A DNA stretch of 62,624 nt from IMG/VR virus record IMGVR_UViG_3300023179_000109, positions 1 through 62,624 of that record; one strand, 5' to 3'. This DNA is from a virus (Duplodnaviria; Caudoviricetes). Below are positions 1 through 9,663 of this stretch, piece by piece. Made by a program: the position numbers and the translations under genes. Numbering within the stretch: the stretch's first letter is position 1; each line of letters begins with the position of its first letter. The notes beneath the pieces are model-generated. The model had not been told where the DNA came from, searched no databases, and saw only the letters and a list, made by a program, of their open reading frames with translations.

Positions 1-10
1 AAATTATACT

Positions 11-427
11 TTGATAATATGGGTTCAACTTGGTTCTACATGGGGTGGTAATGGACTCATGAGTATTGGGTCATTTGGTACTACAAATCAATCAAACGCA
101 TTCAGAACGGCTTCAACTAATGTATTATTAAATTATTGGTGGGCTAACGATTTAGCGGGAGTTTCCTCTGTGTCACCAACAAACTGGTTTAACGCTGTTG
201 CGACTTATGATGGTACAACAAGAAGTATATGGGTTAATGGTAGTTTTGTTAGTTCAGATTCTCCTGTAGGACATAATGTTATTACAAGTGCATTACAGGT
301 TGCAAAAACTGGAGGAAATGAATTTTTGAATGGTAATGTTGGGGAGGTATTAATTTATGACAGAGGATTAACATCAGGAGAAATTTTAGGAATTTTTAAC
401 GCAACTAAATCAAGATACGGATTATAA
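11..427 (+). CDS. LamG/concanavalin A-like lectin domain protein (probably 5'-truncated by the window edge)
   Basis: WFNAVATYDG...IWVNG...FLNGNVGEVLIYDRGLT is a typical LamG-like pattern. Confidence 0.7.
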   Translation: MIIWVQLGSTWGGNGLMSIGSFGTTNQSNAFRTASTNVLLNYWWANDLAGVSSVSPTNWFNAVATYDGTTRSIWVNGSFVSSDSPVGHNVITSALQVAKTGGNEFLNGNVGEVLIYDRGLTSGEILGIFNATKSRYGL

Positions 428-429
428 TT

Positions 430-1665
430 ATGGCAACATTTAAACCACCTTTTGCTTATAATACAGGAGGACCAATTGATGGGACAACCCAATATGGTGA
501 CCTTGTAGTTGGAAACGTTAACGTTGATTATGGCTCCGACTATGGAGGTGTAAAATGGTGGGCATCACCTGAAGAAACAACAGGATACATAATTGGAAAT
601 GCAAGACCTGGTGGACAACCAGTACCTTCAGGAGTTACAGGAACAGCTCAAGTTGGATTTTGGAGGTCAAAAGGTAGAACAGACCAAGCTTTTTTAGATT
701 TAGCAAATTATATTGGTGCCAAAAATGGACAACCTCCATTTGCAACAACAAATGATGCCGAAGTATGGTTGGAAAGTAATGGGTATTATACAAGTTTCAA
801 TTTACCAACACCCACACCAACAGCGACTTTACAGAGTACAGTTACACCAACACCTACTAATACAATGACTCCCACGGTAACTCAAACTCCAACAAATACT
901 AATACACCAACTAATACACAAACACCAACTTCAACAGATTTAAGTTCAATTACAACATACATCATCTCAGGATGTAGTAGTTCAAATGTTATTGTCGCTG
1001 ATTTAGGACCAGGAGCATTTGCGCCAGGTGATGTGTTCTATTTAGATTTCACAGGGTCAACGGCCACTGAGTGTTACACAATCATCAATAAAATTAATGC
1101 AACGCCTACAGATGGAAGTAGCCCAATATCATACTACCCTAATTGTGCGGATTGTATTGATGGAACAACTACAACTTACACAATTTCAGGATGTACTAAC
1201 TTGAATGTTTTAGTTGCAGATTTAGGACCAGGAGCATTTGCGCCAGGTGACATATTCAACATGACATTCACAGGTGCAACTCCAAATGGATGTTATAGAA
1301 TTGTTAATAAGATTGTTGCAAGCCCAACAGATAGTGGAAGTCCACTTCTTTTCTATGTTAACTGTGCTGCATGTGAGGCAACTTTAGTAACACCTACACC
1401 AACAACTACAAGTACACCAACTCCACAGGTAACAAGTACTCCAACTCAAACACCAACTAATACTCTTACTCCAACACCATCAATAACTGCAAGCCCAACG
1501 ATTACTCAAACTCCGACTAATACAATAACACCAACTAATACAACAACTCCAACAACAACTACAACACCTACACCAACTCAAACACCTCAATTCTTCTTAT
1601 TATTTGAGGATAGTTCAATTGCTACGGCAGAAAATAACGATAATATTGAAATAGATATAATATAA
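430..1665 (+). CDS. Pro/Thr-rich virion-surface or fibre-like protein with a duplicated Cys-containing domain
   Basis: TPTPT tracts flank two ~73-aa repeats (TTY.ISGC...ADLGPGAFAPGD...CY.I.NKI...NCA.C). Confidence 0.6.
   Translation: MATFKPPFAYNTGGPIDGTTQYGDLVVGNVNVDYGSDYGGVKWWASPEETTGYIIGNARPGGQPVPSGVTGTAQVGFWRSKGRTDQAFLDLANYIGAKNGQPPFATTNDAEVWLESNGYYTSFNLPTPTPTATLQSTVTPTPTNTMTPTVTQTPTNTNTPTNTQTPTSTDLSSITTYIISGCSSSNVIVADLGPGAFAPGDVFYLDFTGSTATECYTIINKINATPTDGSSPISYYPNCADCIDGTTTTYTISGCTNLNVLVADLGPGAFAPGDIFNMTFTGATPNGCYRIVNKIVASPTDSGSPLLFYVNCAACEATLVTPTPTTTSTPTPQVTSTPTQTPTNTLTPTPSITASPTITQTPTNTITPTNTTTPTTTTTPTPTQTPQFFLLFEDSSIATAENNDNIEIDII
949..1374 (+). repeat. Internal tandem duplication, period about 219 nt
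   Basis: GATTTAGGACCAGGAGCATTTGCGCCAGGTGA is identical at 1000-1031 and 1219-1250. Confidence 0.85.
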
Positions 1666-1679
1666 AAAAATAGATTAAA

Positions 1680-2177
1680 ATGGCAAATACAAAAATTAGT
1701 GCATTACCAACGTTTACAGGAAACTCCACAGGAGTTTATCTTGTTATGGATAGTAGCGGATTAACAGAGACATATAAAGTTACTAAAGAGACCTTCTTAG
1801 CTGGAAGCACTGGCATACCTGTGACAGGAAGTTGGACTTTATCAACAGGTGCAAATACTGTTAGTTTTACAGTTACTGCAGGTCAATCATATGTAATGTG
1901 GGTAAATGGAAATATTCCAAACGGTATTGTTAATTGGAATGCAACAGTAACACTATCAAACTCAAACGTACCTGTAATAGGTGTACAATATGGTTGGTAT
2001 TATCTTGCAGGAAATGCTTTGGTGTTAACATCAATACCAAGTCAAATAATTGGAACTGCGGGAAGTATAAGTACCTCAGCACCAGCCGTTTCAAATTCAA
2101 ACACCTTTACATTTGGTATAACAAACAACAGTGGTGTATCTCAAGTAGTTTACTACGGATATACTAAAGTAAGTTAA
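1680..2177 (+). CDS. putative tail or fibre-associated protein
   Basis: N-terminal MANTKISALP motif; beta-rich, Ser/Thr/Gly-rich composition. Confidence 0.5.
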   Translation: MANTKISALPTFTGNSTGVYLVMDSSGLTETYKVTKETFLAGSTGIPVTGSWTLSTGANTVSFTVTAGQSYVMWVNGNIPNGIVNWNATVTLSNSNVPVIGVQYGWYYLAGNALVLTSIPSQIIGTAGSISTSAPAVSNSNTFTFGITNNSGVSQVVYYGYTKVS

Positions 2178-2236
2178 TTTGAGAGTAGTATCTTAGTAAA
2201 GTTTTTGATATTTATAGTTAAGTAAATTACCAAATT

Positions 2237-2497
2237 ATGAACAAATTATTAGCAGGAATCAAAAGCTTGTTTTCGGATGAACACGGAGTAGTCTCCATGA
2301 AACGCCTTTGTGGACTTTTATGTACACTGGCATTAACAGTTACTTTATACCAAAATAGTTTCAGTGAACAACACGTTGCACCATCAAGAGAATTGGTTGA
2401 TGCAGTTGCTTTATTGGCATTTGGTTGCTTAGGTTTATCAAGTGTTGATAAAATCTGGGGAAAGAAACCAAAAGACACAAGCTCAGAGTCTGAGTAA
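2237..2497 (+). CDS. small two-TM membrane protein (holin-like)
   Basis: two hydrophobic segments, SMKR motif, charged C-terminal tail. Confidence 0.45.
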   Translation: MNKLLAGIKSLFSDEHGVVSMKRLCGLLCTLALTVTLYQNSFSEQHVAPSRELVDAVALLAFGCLGLSSVDKIWGKKPKDTSSESE

Positions 2498-2505
2498 AGA
2501 AATTA

Positions 2506-2533
2506 AGTCCCCACTCACAAGGTGGGGATTTTT
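2506..2533 (+). terminator. intrinsic terminator
   Basis: GTCCCCAC-TCACAAG-GTGGGGAT followed by a T tract. Confidence 0.7.
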
Positions 2534-2558
2534 GTTTATGGTTGGTATTTATAAAGGT

Positions 2559-3488
2559 ATGAATATAATATTAAATGAGCAACAGATTTTGATGTTAGAA
2601 AATAACTACGAAGCGTGGGGGTGTTATTTGTTTGATGATAAGTCGGAAAATAGGGAGTGGTGTATGAATGCTCAGAGTAAAATTAAGAATAACAGGTCAA
2701 AAGTACAAGAACAAATAGATAGAGTAGGAAACCATCTTAAGGTAGATAGAGAAATACCTTATAGAGAGAAAGTTAAATACTATACTGAAGGTGACCCATT
2801 TTTTGATGAAAATATAGCCAATTTAAACTTAGCGGAAGAACTTATTATACCAACATGTGATAAGGCTAAGGATACTTTTGATAATTTTAAGTCCAATCTG
2901 GCTGAAAAATTTTTATTTGTTGATAAGGAAAACGACAAATACACTTATAATCAATTAACCAAATTAAATACTAATTATACTGCGTTAGCTTATCTATTAA
3001 CAGATTTCAGAGAAAGAAAGTCGTTGGTGGGTGAATCATTTGACCGAATATTTACAAAGTATTTTGAAGCACCTCCTGACAGTATGGGTGAGAGTTCATT
3101 TTTTAACCTTATTATTGAATATTTTTCAGGTAGAGACGAAGCGGTTAACATAATGAATGGGGTTTTAAAAACCATTAAAGGTACTGGTGATATTGGTGCG
3201 GCATCCGAGTCATCGGCATTGGCATTTTTATCTGAACATTTTGGTGAAGAAAATATTAAAGTTTTTAGTGGTGATTTTTCATGGCCAGATTTTTTAGGTA
3301 TTGATATGTTGATACACGAACAAGATTTAGGGTGGGGATGGGTTCCAGTTCAAGTTAAAACTAATATTAATGATTGTTATGCTAACAAAAAGTTTTGTAA
3401 AAACATTTGTATTGGAAAAGAGAACAAGAAAAATTGGAAAATTAAAATTTATAATGGAAAAGTTGAAATTCATCCGTCGCAAATTTAA
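2559..3488 (+). CDS. hypothetical protein with a possible C-terminal PD-(D/E)XK-like motif
   Basis: ATG at 2559 follows TATTTATA; GIDMLI...VQVKT motif. Confidence 0.5.
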   Translation: MNIILNEQQILMLENNYEAWGCYLFDDKSENREWCMNAQSKIKNNRSKVQEQIDRVGNHLKVDREIPYREKVKYYTEGDPFFDENIANLNLAEELIIPTCDKAKDTFDNFKSNLAEKFLFVDKENDKYTYNQLTKLNTNYTALAYLLTDFRERKSLVGESFDRIFTKYFEAPPDSMGESSFFNLIIEYFSGRDEAVNIMNGVLKTIKGTGDIGAASESSALAFLSEHFGEENIKVFSGDFSWPDFLGIDMLIHEQDLGWGWVPVQVKTNINDCYANKKFCKNICIGKENKKNWKIKIYNGKVEIHPSQI

Positions 3489-3509
3489 TTTTTTTCATAT
3501 ATTTGCATC

Positions 3510-3767
3510 ATGGCAACATCAGTAAATCAAAAAGAAGTCGTAAAACCGACAAAATGGGAGGTTGTTTATGAAGATGAGGATTGTATATCCATTTGGAAAT
3601 ATAACTCAAAAATAACGACCGCAGGACCCGTAGAAGTGGAATACAAATGGAAGAGACACTTCAATCCATGGAATCAAAAGAAAAAGACTTTGGGGGATTT
3701 GGCAAAAGACGCCAAAAAGAAACAAAAATTAGAGAAGTCTCAATTTGGAATCAATTATTCTTCTTAA
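3510..3767 (+). CDS. hypothetical protein
   Basis: ORF preceded by TATATTTG (Bacteroidetes -7 element). Confidence 0.55.
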   Translation: MATSVNQKEVVKPTKWEVVYEDEDCISIWKYNSKITTAGPVEVEYKWKRHFNPWNQKKKTLGDLAKDAKKKQKLEKSQFGINYSS

Positions 3768-4379
3768 TTCTAAAAGTGTTTTTCTATCTAAAGAATTAAC
3801 AACTTCTGATGTGTTTTCAATTACAAGTCTATCTAAAATAGATTCAATTTTAGTTTCATCAACTTCATATACATCACCAAAACTATAATCACTTTCTTCA
3901 AAATTTTCATATTCAGTAGGGTTTGTTTCTTGACCCTCCCACCTGTTCCAGTTACCATCATTACTTTGTTGGATTGCGGAATCTGTTACCCAATCTTCAT
4001 CATAAGAATCAAACTCTTGTACCATATAGTTGGTGTAACTACAACTACCCCACGAACTATAATCCATATTGTAACTTTTTGCCACAGGGATAACTAATTG
4101 TTCAAATAATTCCCTATTTTTCATTTGTTCCTTATTATTCGCAAAAAGGTCGGCAATTAAATCATCATTAATCTCTAAAAGTTTTGAAAAAAACTCAACA
4201 TCTTCTTGAGTTGCACTAATACCAAAATATTTTGAAACCGATTGTAAAATTTCATACGCATTGTCAAAATCATCAGTATATGGATTCCCAATAGGAAAAT
4301 CCTCATCAACTAATTTTTCACAAATGAATACTAATTGTTTTTTTGACAATTTTGAGAATTGACTTTGTTCTGCTGCCAT
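3729..4379 (-). CDS. hypothetical acidic protein
   Basis: likely start MAAEQ directly after the TATTTATA motif. Confidence 0.6.
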   Translation of the reverse strand: MAAEQSQFSKLSKKQLVFICEKLVDEDFPIGNPYTDDFDNAYEILQSVSKYFGISATQEDVEFFSKLLEINDDLIADLFANNKEQMKNRELFEQLVIPVAKSYNMDYSSWGSCSYTNYMVQEFDSYDEDWVTDSAIQQSNDGNWNRWEGQETNPTEYENFEESDYSFGDVYEVDETKIESILDRLVIENTSEVVNSLDRKTLLELRRIIDSKLRLL

Positions 4380-4417
4380 GATTATAAATATAAAAAAGGT
4401 GAGATTTCTCTCACCTT

Positions 4418-4765
4418 TTAATAATTCAATCTTTCTTTGTGACTGTTTAAGATTGCTAATATGTTTTCTCTTCCTACAGGATTTGCCGAATGACAATTAA
4501 ACTCAGGTATAGGTAAACCATTTTCCATACAATAACCACACATCCATTTTGCCGCGTCATAACCCGTTTTTTCTTCGTATTTGAAACTTTCGGTATAAGT
4601 TTTTGGGTCATAATGGATTTCAGCTAAATCATGGTCAAAAGACACTTCATCGGGTAATCCGTTTTTTGTTACCCAACTTACAAAATCATCGTAAGTTCTA
4701 ACAATATCCCACCCTTCAGTTTTTGGACATCTTACATCATCAAGATATAATTTTTTCATTTTCAT
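4418..4765 (-). CDS. cyclic-phosphate-processing receiver-like domain protein
   Basis: LYLDDVR.P...VSFDHDL...TGYDAAKW...HSANPVG signature. Confidence 0.75.
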   Translation of the reverse strand: MKMKKLYLDDVRCPKTEGWDIVRTYDDFVSWVTKNGLPDEVSFDHDLAEIHYDPKTYTESFKYEEKTGYDAAKWMCGYCMENGLPIPEFNCHSANPVGRENILAILNSHKERLNY

Positions 4766-5051
4766 TTTGTTTTTTTAGATAATCCACAAGCTCTTGGAGC
4801 TTATTGGCATCGCTTGAATTGAAGATAAATTCATCCCAAGCACCATACTTGGACTTGTATCCAAATATATACTTCACTCCATGGATTAATCGTCTCCAAA
4901 AAGATTTGTATGTTGTTAAATGTACGTGTGCATAACACATATTAGATTTATGTCCGTTATCAAATTCTGTTTCATTATAGAATAATAACATCTGATGTTC
5001 ATCCGAATGACATTCACACAAAAGAATGTCTTTATCCCAAATTGTTTTCAT
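4740..5051 (-). CDS. hypothetical protein
   Basis: ORF in a co-directional run; CECHSDEH motif. Confidence 0.6.
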   Translation of the reverse strand: MKTIWDKDILLCECHSDEHQMLLFYNETEFDNGHKSNMCYAHVHLTTYKSFWRRLIHGVKYIFGYKSKYGAWDEFIFNSSDANKLQELVDYLKKQNENEKIIS

Positions 5052-5053
5052 AA

Positions 5054-5527
5054 TTATTCAGTTATAGTTGTTGAGTAGTTGCCTACTTCAATTGTTAATT
5101 CATCAATTCCTTCTGGTGCAATTTCATAGTCCACATCATCAATATCTCCATCCCAATACATATCCATTCCTGATGGTGCAATTTCCTCTTCTTCTTCAGT
5201 TAATGGTTCACTCCACTCAATATTGTAAACATCTGTAGAACCGTCAGAGGCTTGCCCCATTTGAAGACCGACAAAGTCACCAGCACCCATATTAGAAAGA
5301 GTCTTCTTTTTTAGAAGTTTTATTAATTCCTCAACGGTCATTTCTTCAGTATAAAGTTCACCACTTCTCCAATTTGTGGAGGCTTCACACGAGTAGTTTT
5401 TATCTTCCCAAGTTCCATTAACGTAGTTAACTTCATCTAAACATTTCTTACCACAGATGATGGTGACTTTTGCCTTGTCTTCAGGATTAAGTTTTTTAAG
5501 TTCGGTTACAACTTCTTTATTTTTCAT
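5054..5527 (-). CDS. hypothetical protein
   Basis: ORF in a co-directional run. Confidence 0.6.
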   Translation of the reverse strand: MKNKEVVTELKKLNPEDKAKVTIICGKKCLDEVNYVNGTWEDKNYSCEASTNWRSGELYTEEMTVEELIKLLKKKTLSNMGAGDFVGLQMGQASDGSTDVYNIEWSEPLTEEEEEIAPSGMDMYWDGDIDDVDYEIAPEGIDELTIEVGNYSTTITE

Positions 5528-6198
5528 GGATAATCAATTTGTTTTGTTTCAACATCAAAATCTACAACGATTGGTTTATTTTCATATTCATATCTTTCAT
5601 TAAGAACGGATGCGTTTAAGAATTCAACACCATTGAAGTTTTTCTGACCATAAGCACAATGGATATGTCCACAAACATGAATTTTTGGTTGAACTTCCAT
5701 AATTCTATGAAATAAGTCTTCACAACCAACTCTTTGTCCACTTGGAGTCCAATCTAACATTCCGTGAGCTGGTCCGTGAGTGATTAAAATATCAGTATTA
5801 CCAGGAATTTTAGCCCACTTTTCAGCAAGTTTTTCTCCTCTTGGTAAATTGAATGCCCAATCATAAAATTCAGGTTGCCAAGGACTACCGTAGAACTTAA
5901 CTCCGTCAATTACAACCTCACTATCAAAAAGATAAATAATACCTCTTTCTTTGAACTCTTCTGCGATGTCAGTGTGCATCTCAAAACCAAAATCGTGGTT
6001 TCCCGCAATGAAGATTTTGTGTTTAAAATCAGTCATACCAAACCAATTCAAGAAGTTGGTGATTTCATGACTCTTACCCATACTGGTACAATCACCAGCG
6101 TGTACAAGAACATCACCACTTCCAAGAATGTTGTTATAGGCATTACTTGTTAAATGATTATGTTTGTTATGTGTGTCACTGATGAATGTAATTTTCAT
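5524..6198 (-). CDS. calcineurin-like metallophosphoesterase
   Basis: DTH, HAGD, GNHD, THGP and GHIH motifs. Confidence 0.9.
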   Translation of the reverse strand: MKITFISDTHNKHNHLTSNAYNNILGSGDVLVHAGDCTSMGKSHEITNFLNWFGMTDFKHKIFIAGNHDFGFEMHTDIAEEFKERGIIYLFDSEVVIDGVKFYGSPWQPEFYDWAFNLPRGEKLAEKWAKIPGNTDILITHGPAHGMLDWTPSGQRVGCEDLFHRIMEVQPKIHVCGHIHCAYGQKNFNGVEFLNASVLNERYEYENKPIVVDFDVETKQIDYP

Positions 6199-6209
6199 AA
6201 AATATTTTT

Positions 6210-6362
6210 TTAACCTAACCAATCTTTGTCTTCATCATCCCAATCTAAAAAGTCTTCACCTTTATAGTCAGGATGGTTTTCTTTCATATAGTCAATTCCC
6301 TGAACCCAAAAGTACGAAATTATTGCCACAACGGCAACCATTAATAAATAAATTTTCCACAT
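6210..6362 (-). CDS. small membrane protein (50 aa, not in the ORF track)
   Basis: MWKIYLLMVAVVAIISYFWVQGIDYMKENHPDYKGEDFLDW... fills the gap in the operon. Confidence 0.55.
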   Translation of the reverse strand: MWKIYLLMVAVVAIISYFWVQGIDYMKENHPDYKGEDFLDWDDEDKDWLG

Positions 6363-6377
6363 ATTATAGAGTTTTTT

Positions 6378-6980
6378 TTAATCCCACCATGATTTCATTC
6401 CTGACCCATCAAACCAATCATTCCAAACACTCTCTTCTTTCTTCTCTTCCTCTGTCTTACTATTGTAAATTTTACTAAATTCTTTCATATCTTGCCCGTG
6501 AACAATTAACCATAGTTCTTTCCATTCAGACATTTCAATTTCTCTGGCTCTCTCATAAACTTTTTTATTATGGATTCTTTCTTCCTCAGTATCTTCTTTA
6601 TCTGTCCATAACCAATCAGAGTTTTTTATTTCACCCAATTCTAATTCTGCCTGATTAACGTACTCATCACTACGAATGTTCTTAATTAATTGAATGGTTC
6701 GTTTCATCTTCCCAACCTTTTTCATTCTTGACTCTTCTACCTCTTGTCCGTAACGTTCAATTGTGTCAACAGTTTTTTCTAAAGAACGACGAAATAAATC
6801 TAAATTGAATGAATAGTCCCAAGAACGGAAAGCATATAATTCTTTTCTAAAATACCAAATATTTTCTAAAAAATACGGTAAATCTCTACGAAAAAATTCA
6901 TAGGTTTTGTACCACCAAGTTTGGTGTCTTGATAATCGTTTTAATGATTTCCAAAAACTATCTGCAAATTCTACTTTCAT
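6378..6980 (-). CDS. hypothetical protein
   Basis: ORF, likely start MKVEFADSFW. Confidence 0.6.
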   Translation of the reverse strand: MKVEFADSFWKSLKRLSRHQTWWYKTYEFFRRDLPYFLENIWYFRKELYAFRSWDYSFNLDLFRRSLEKTVDTIERYGQEVEESRMKKVGKMKRTIQLIKNIRSDEYVNQAELELGEIKNSDWLWTDKEDTEEERIHNKKVYERAREIEMSEWKELWLIVHGQDMKEFSKIYNSKTEEEKKEESVWNDWFDGSGMKSWWD

Positions 6981-7206
6981 AATATTATTTTGTTGGTCTT
7001 TTAAAAATATAATAAGTAATCCCAAGACCTATTATAATCATTGAAAGTCCTATTATCTCTACTAACATAATACAAATATATGAAAAAAATAAGACCCGAC
7101 AAAATAAATTTCGCGGGTCTTTTGGAAAAGGGATATATGAGAACACTCCCGAGGAGCGATGTAAAAATAAATATTAGATAAAATGTAAAAATTATATCTT
7201 ACAATA

Positions 7207-7620
7207 TCAAGAGAAATGATTTTTTACTCTTTTTAACAAATTTTCGTCAAAATTTACACCATGTCTATCTTCAAAATTATTTAATAGGTGTTTCATTGAT
7301 TCTTTCTTTCCTTTATTGTTTAATAGAATATATGCACCTAAATCAGCATCCATTTCTTCTTCATCATTTCTTGGACCATCATGACCCAATATAATGTGAG
7401 CAATTTCGTGAGCCTCAATAAATTTAAGAACGTTAGAGTCAAAATTTTCAACAATATTTTCACCATCAATTACGACCAAGTTTTTATTTGGTACTAAAAA
7501 TCCATATCCATATTCTTTAAAAAAAGGAATTAATTTTTCGTATTGAGGACTGTCAGAAAAAACAACCGCAATTGTAATTTCAGGTAAAAATTCACTATTG
7601 TACGAGATTGGTTTTGACAT
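7207..7620 (-). CDS. zincin-like metallopeptidase domain protein
   Basis: HEIAHIILGH...EMDAD (HExxH plus downstream E/D). Confidence 0.65.
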   Translation of the reverse strand: MSKPISYNSEFLPEITIAVVFSDSPQYEKLIPFFKEYGYGFLVPNKNLVVIDGENIVENFDSNVLKFIEAHEIAHIILGHDGPRNDEEEMDADLGAYILLNNKGKKESMKHLLNNFEDRHGVNFDENLLKRVKNHFS

Positions 7621-8462
7621 TATGCTAATAAACTATAGTATTCTTTAAAGTGTTTAATTCTATCAGGTAAACCAATTGTACCACCATTGACTTTTTTTGT
7701 TATTTGAGTAACAACAGCATCTGTAGCACCACCATCCGCTAGTTTGTGTAATCCATTTTTAGTAAAAAACCAAGCAGCTGATAATAAAGGATAATGTGTA
7801 GAAACTTTTTCAGGATTTAGGGTTAAATCTTCATTGATTGATTTACCAAAGGCAACATAGTTGTCTTTTCCTGTCAATTGAATATATCCGCGACCACAAT
7901 ACTTAGAACCATCTCCTGAAGATTCGGGTCCGTTACCCATTCTTCCACCATAAACTCTATTTGCAATTTTTTCAGGTTTTCTTTCATATTGTTCGGCCAA
8001 ACCAGCCTCTTTGAAATATTTTGCAAAAATACCTTTTAAACCTTTTGCAGAATAATTTAAATTTTCTTTAGTCAATCTGAATCCACCTGATTCGTGACCA
8101 CATTGAGCCAAGAAATGCGCTAATCTTAATGGGGTATCAATACCAAATTTTGCGGCGGTTTCAGGAATTTGTGTAATTACTGAATCAGGGATATGACCTT
8201 TTAATTTAGTTAAATTTAATCCACTTGATGACGTTTGAACTACAGGTACAACGGGTGCAGGTTCTGCAATAATTTGTTGAGAACCAAATAGTTTGTTCCA
8301 CGTACCTTCACCAACTAAACCATCAGGAGTAAGTGCATTTTTTAATTGAAAGGCTTTAACGGCTTCTTCCGTAGCTTTTCCAAAAACACCATCTGCTCCA
8401 AGACCCAATTTTGATTGGAGTTTTTTTACGTCTTCTCCTTTAGACCCAACTTTCAATAGCAT
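7620..8462 (-). CDS. endolysin: peptidoglycan-binding domain plus glycoside hydrolase family 19
   Basis: DGVFG/DGLVG PG-binding repeats; HFLAQCGHESGGF, GRGYIQLTG and VNGG motifs. Confidence 0.9.
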   Translation of the reverse strand: MLLKVGSKGEDVKKLQSKLGLGADGVFGKATEEAVKAFQLKNALTPDGLVGEGTWNKLFGSQQIIAEPAPVVPVVQTSSSGLNLTKLKGHIPDSVITQIPETAAKFGIDTPLRLAHFLAQCGHESGGFRLTKENLNYSAKGLKGIFAKYFKEAGLAEQYERKPEKIANRVYGGRMGNGPESSGDGSKYCGRGYIQLTGKDNYVAFGKSINEDLTLNPEKVSTHYPLLSAAWFFTKNGLHKLADGGATDAVVTQITKKVNGGTIGLPDRIKHFKEYYSLLA

Positions 8463-8500
8463 AGTAATTCACTTTACTAATAAATAGTGGTTAAATTCAA

Positions 8501-9595
8501 TTAGGATTGAGGTCTTAAAACAGCCAATGCTTCGGGATATTCAACATCTAAAGCCTCTTCATTTTTTGGTTTGTAAGGAACATTTTTAAGAACGTATCTA
8601 ATCGCATTTAAACCAGATACTCTTTTATCTTCAGAATCAATAATAACCCAAGGATGATTTAGTGTTGATGTTTTATCAAAAAGTTTCTCTTTAAATTCTG
8701 TAAATCTATCCCACAAATCTTGCATTTTCTCATCATTAGGTGAGTATTTCCAATATTTTAATGGTGATTGTTGTCTAATATCAAATCTTCTTTTTTGAGT
8801 GTCTTTTTCAATTGAAAACCAAAGTTTAAATAAGTAATCACCTTCTTTAACTAAGTCTTGTTCAAAATCAGCAACATTTTCCATAAAGTCGTTATATTCT
8901 TCGGGTGAACCATATCCCATAACAGGCTCAATTAATCCTCGGTTATACCAACTCCTGTCAAAAAGATTTATCATGCCTGGTTTGATTTCTTTTTTATATC
9001 TTTCCCACCAGTTTTTTCTATCCTCAGGAGTTGGAATACCTAAAGCAACTACATTATAGTATCTTGGGTTTAAATTTTCTACAAATTTCTTAATTGTGGA
9101 ACCTTTTCCTGCTGAATCTCTACCTTCAAAAACAATTATAACTGTTTTGCCTGTTTTTGATAACCATTCCTGCATTCTTAAAAGTTCAACTTGTAAATCA
9201 AATAATTCTTTTCTGTAAACTTTTTTTGGAATTATTGACGGTTCTTCAAATTCGTAATCAGACATTTCAGGTTCATCGGAATCAGACTCGGACCTATTTT
9301 TTAATGACACAATAATCTTTGAAAGATAGTCCACCACATTTTTTCTTTTATCTCCTTTTTTTAATAATACTTTTTTTAACCCTCTCTCTAAAAGACCAAA
9401 ATCAATTATTTGAGACTTAGCCAAAAAACTAATATCCATCAATAAACTTTCAATTGGTTGAGTGTATAATTTAAGATATTTTAATACCTCTATAGAATTA
9501 CGTAAGTCAAGATTCATTTGTAACGGAGAATCATCTTCTTTAACTAACCCCATTACACTACGGATTCTATCAATATTTTCAAAAAGATTTGACAT
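8501..9595 (-). CDS. ppk2: polyphosphate kinase 2 with a ~120-aa N-terminal extension
   Basis: FEGRDSAGKGSTIK Walker A, FDRSWYNR and WKYSPND motifs. Confidence 0.92.
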   Translation of the reverse strand: MSNLFENIDRIRSVMGLVKEDDSPLQMNLDLRNSIEVLKYLKLYTQPIESLLMDISFLAKSQIIDFGLLERGLKKVLLKKGDKRKNVVDYLSKIIVSLKNRSESDSDEPEMSDYEFEEPSIIPKKVYRKELFDLQVELLRMQEWLSKTGKTVIIVFEGRDSAGKGSTIKKFVENLNPRYYNVVALGIPTPEDRKNWWERYKKEIKPGMINLFDRSWYNRGLIEPVMGYGSPEEYNDFMENVADFEQDLVKEGDYLFKLWFSIEKDTQKRRFDIRQQSPLKYWKYSPNDEKMQDLWDRFTEFKEKLFDKTSTLNHPWVIIDSEDKRVSGLNAIRYVLKNVPYKPKNEEALDVEYPEALAVLRPQS

Positions 9596-9663
9596 AAAAT
9601 TTTTAATCTATAGTAATAAATACACTATTAGTATGTATTTATCTATACCAAGATACTATTAGA

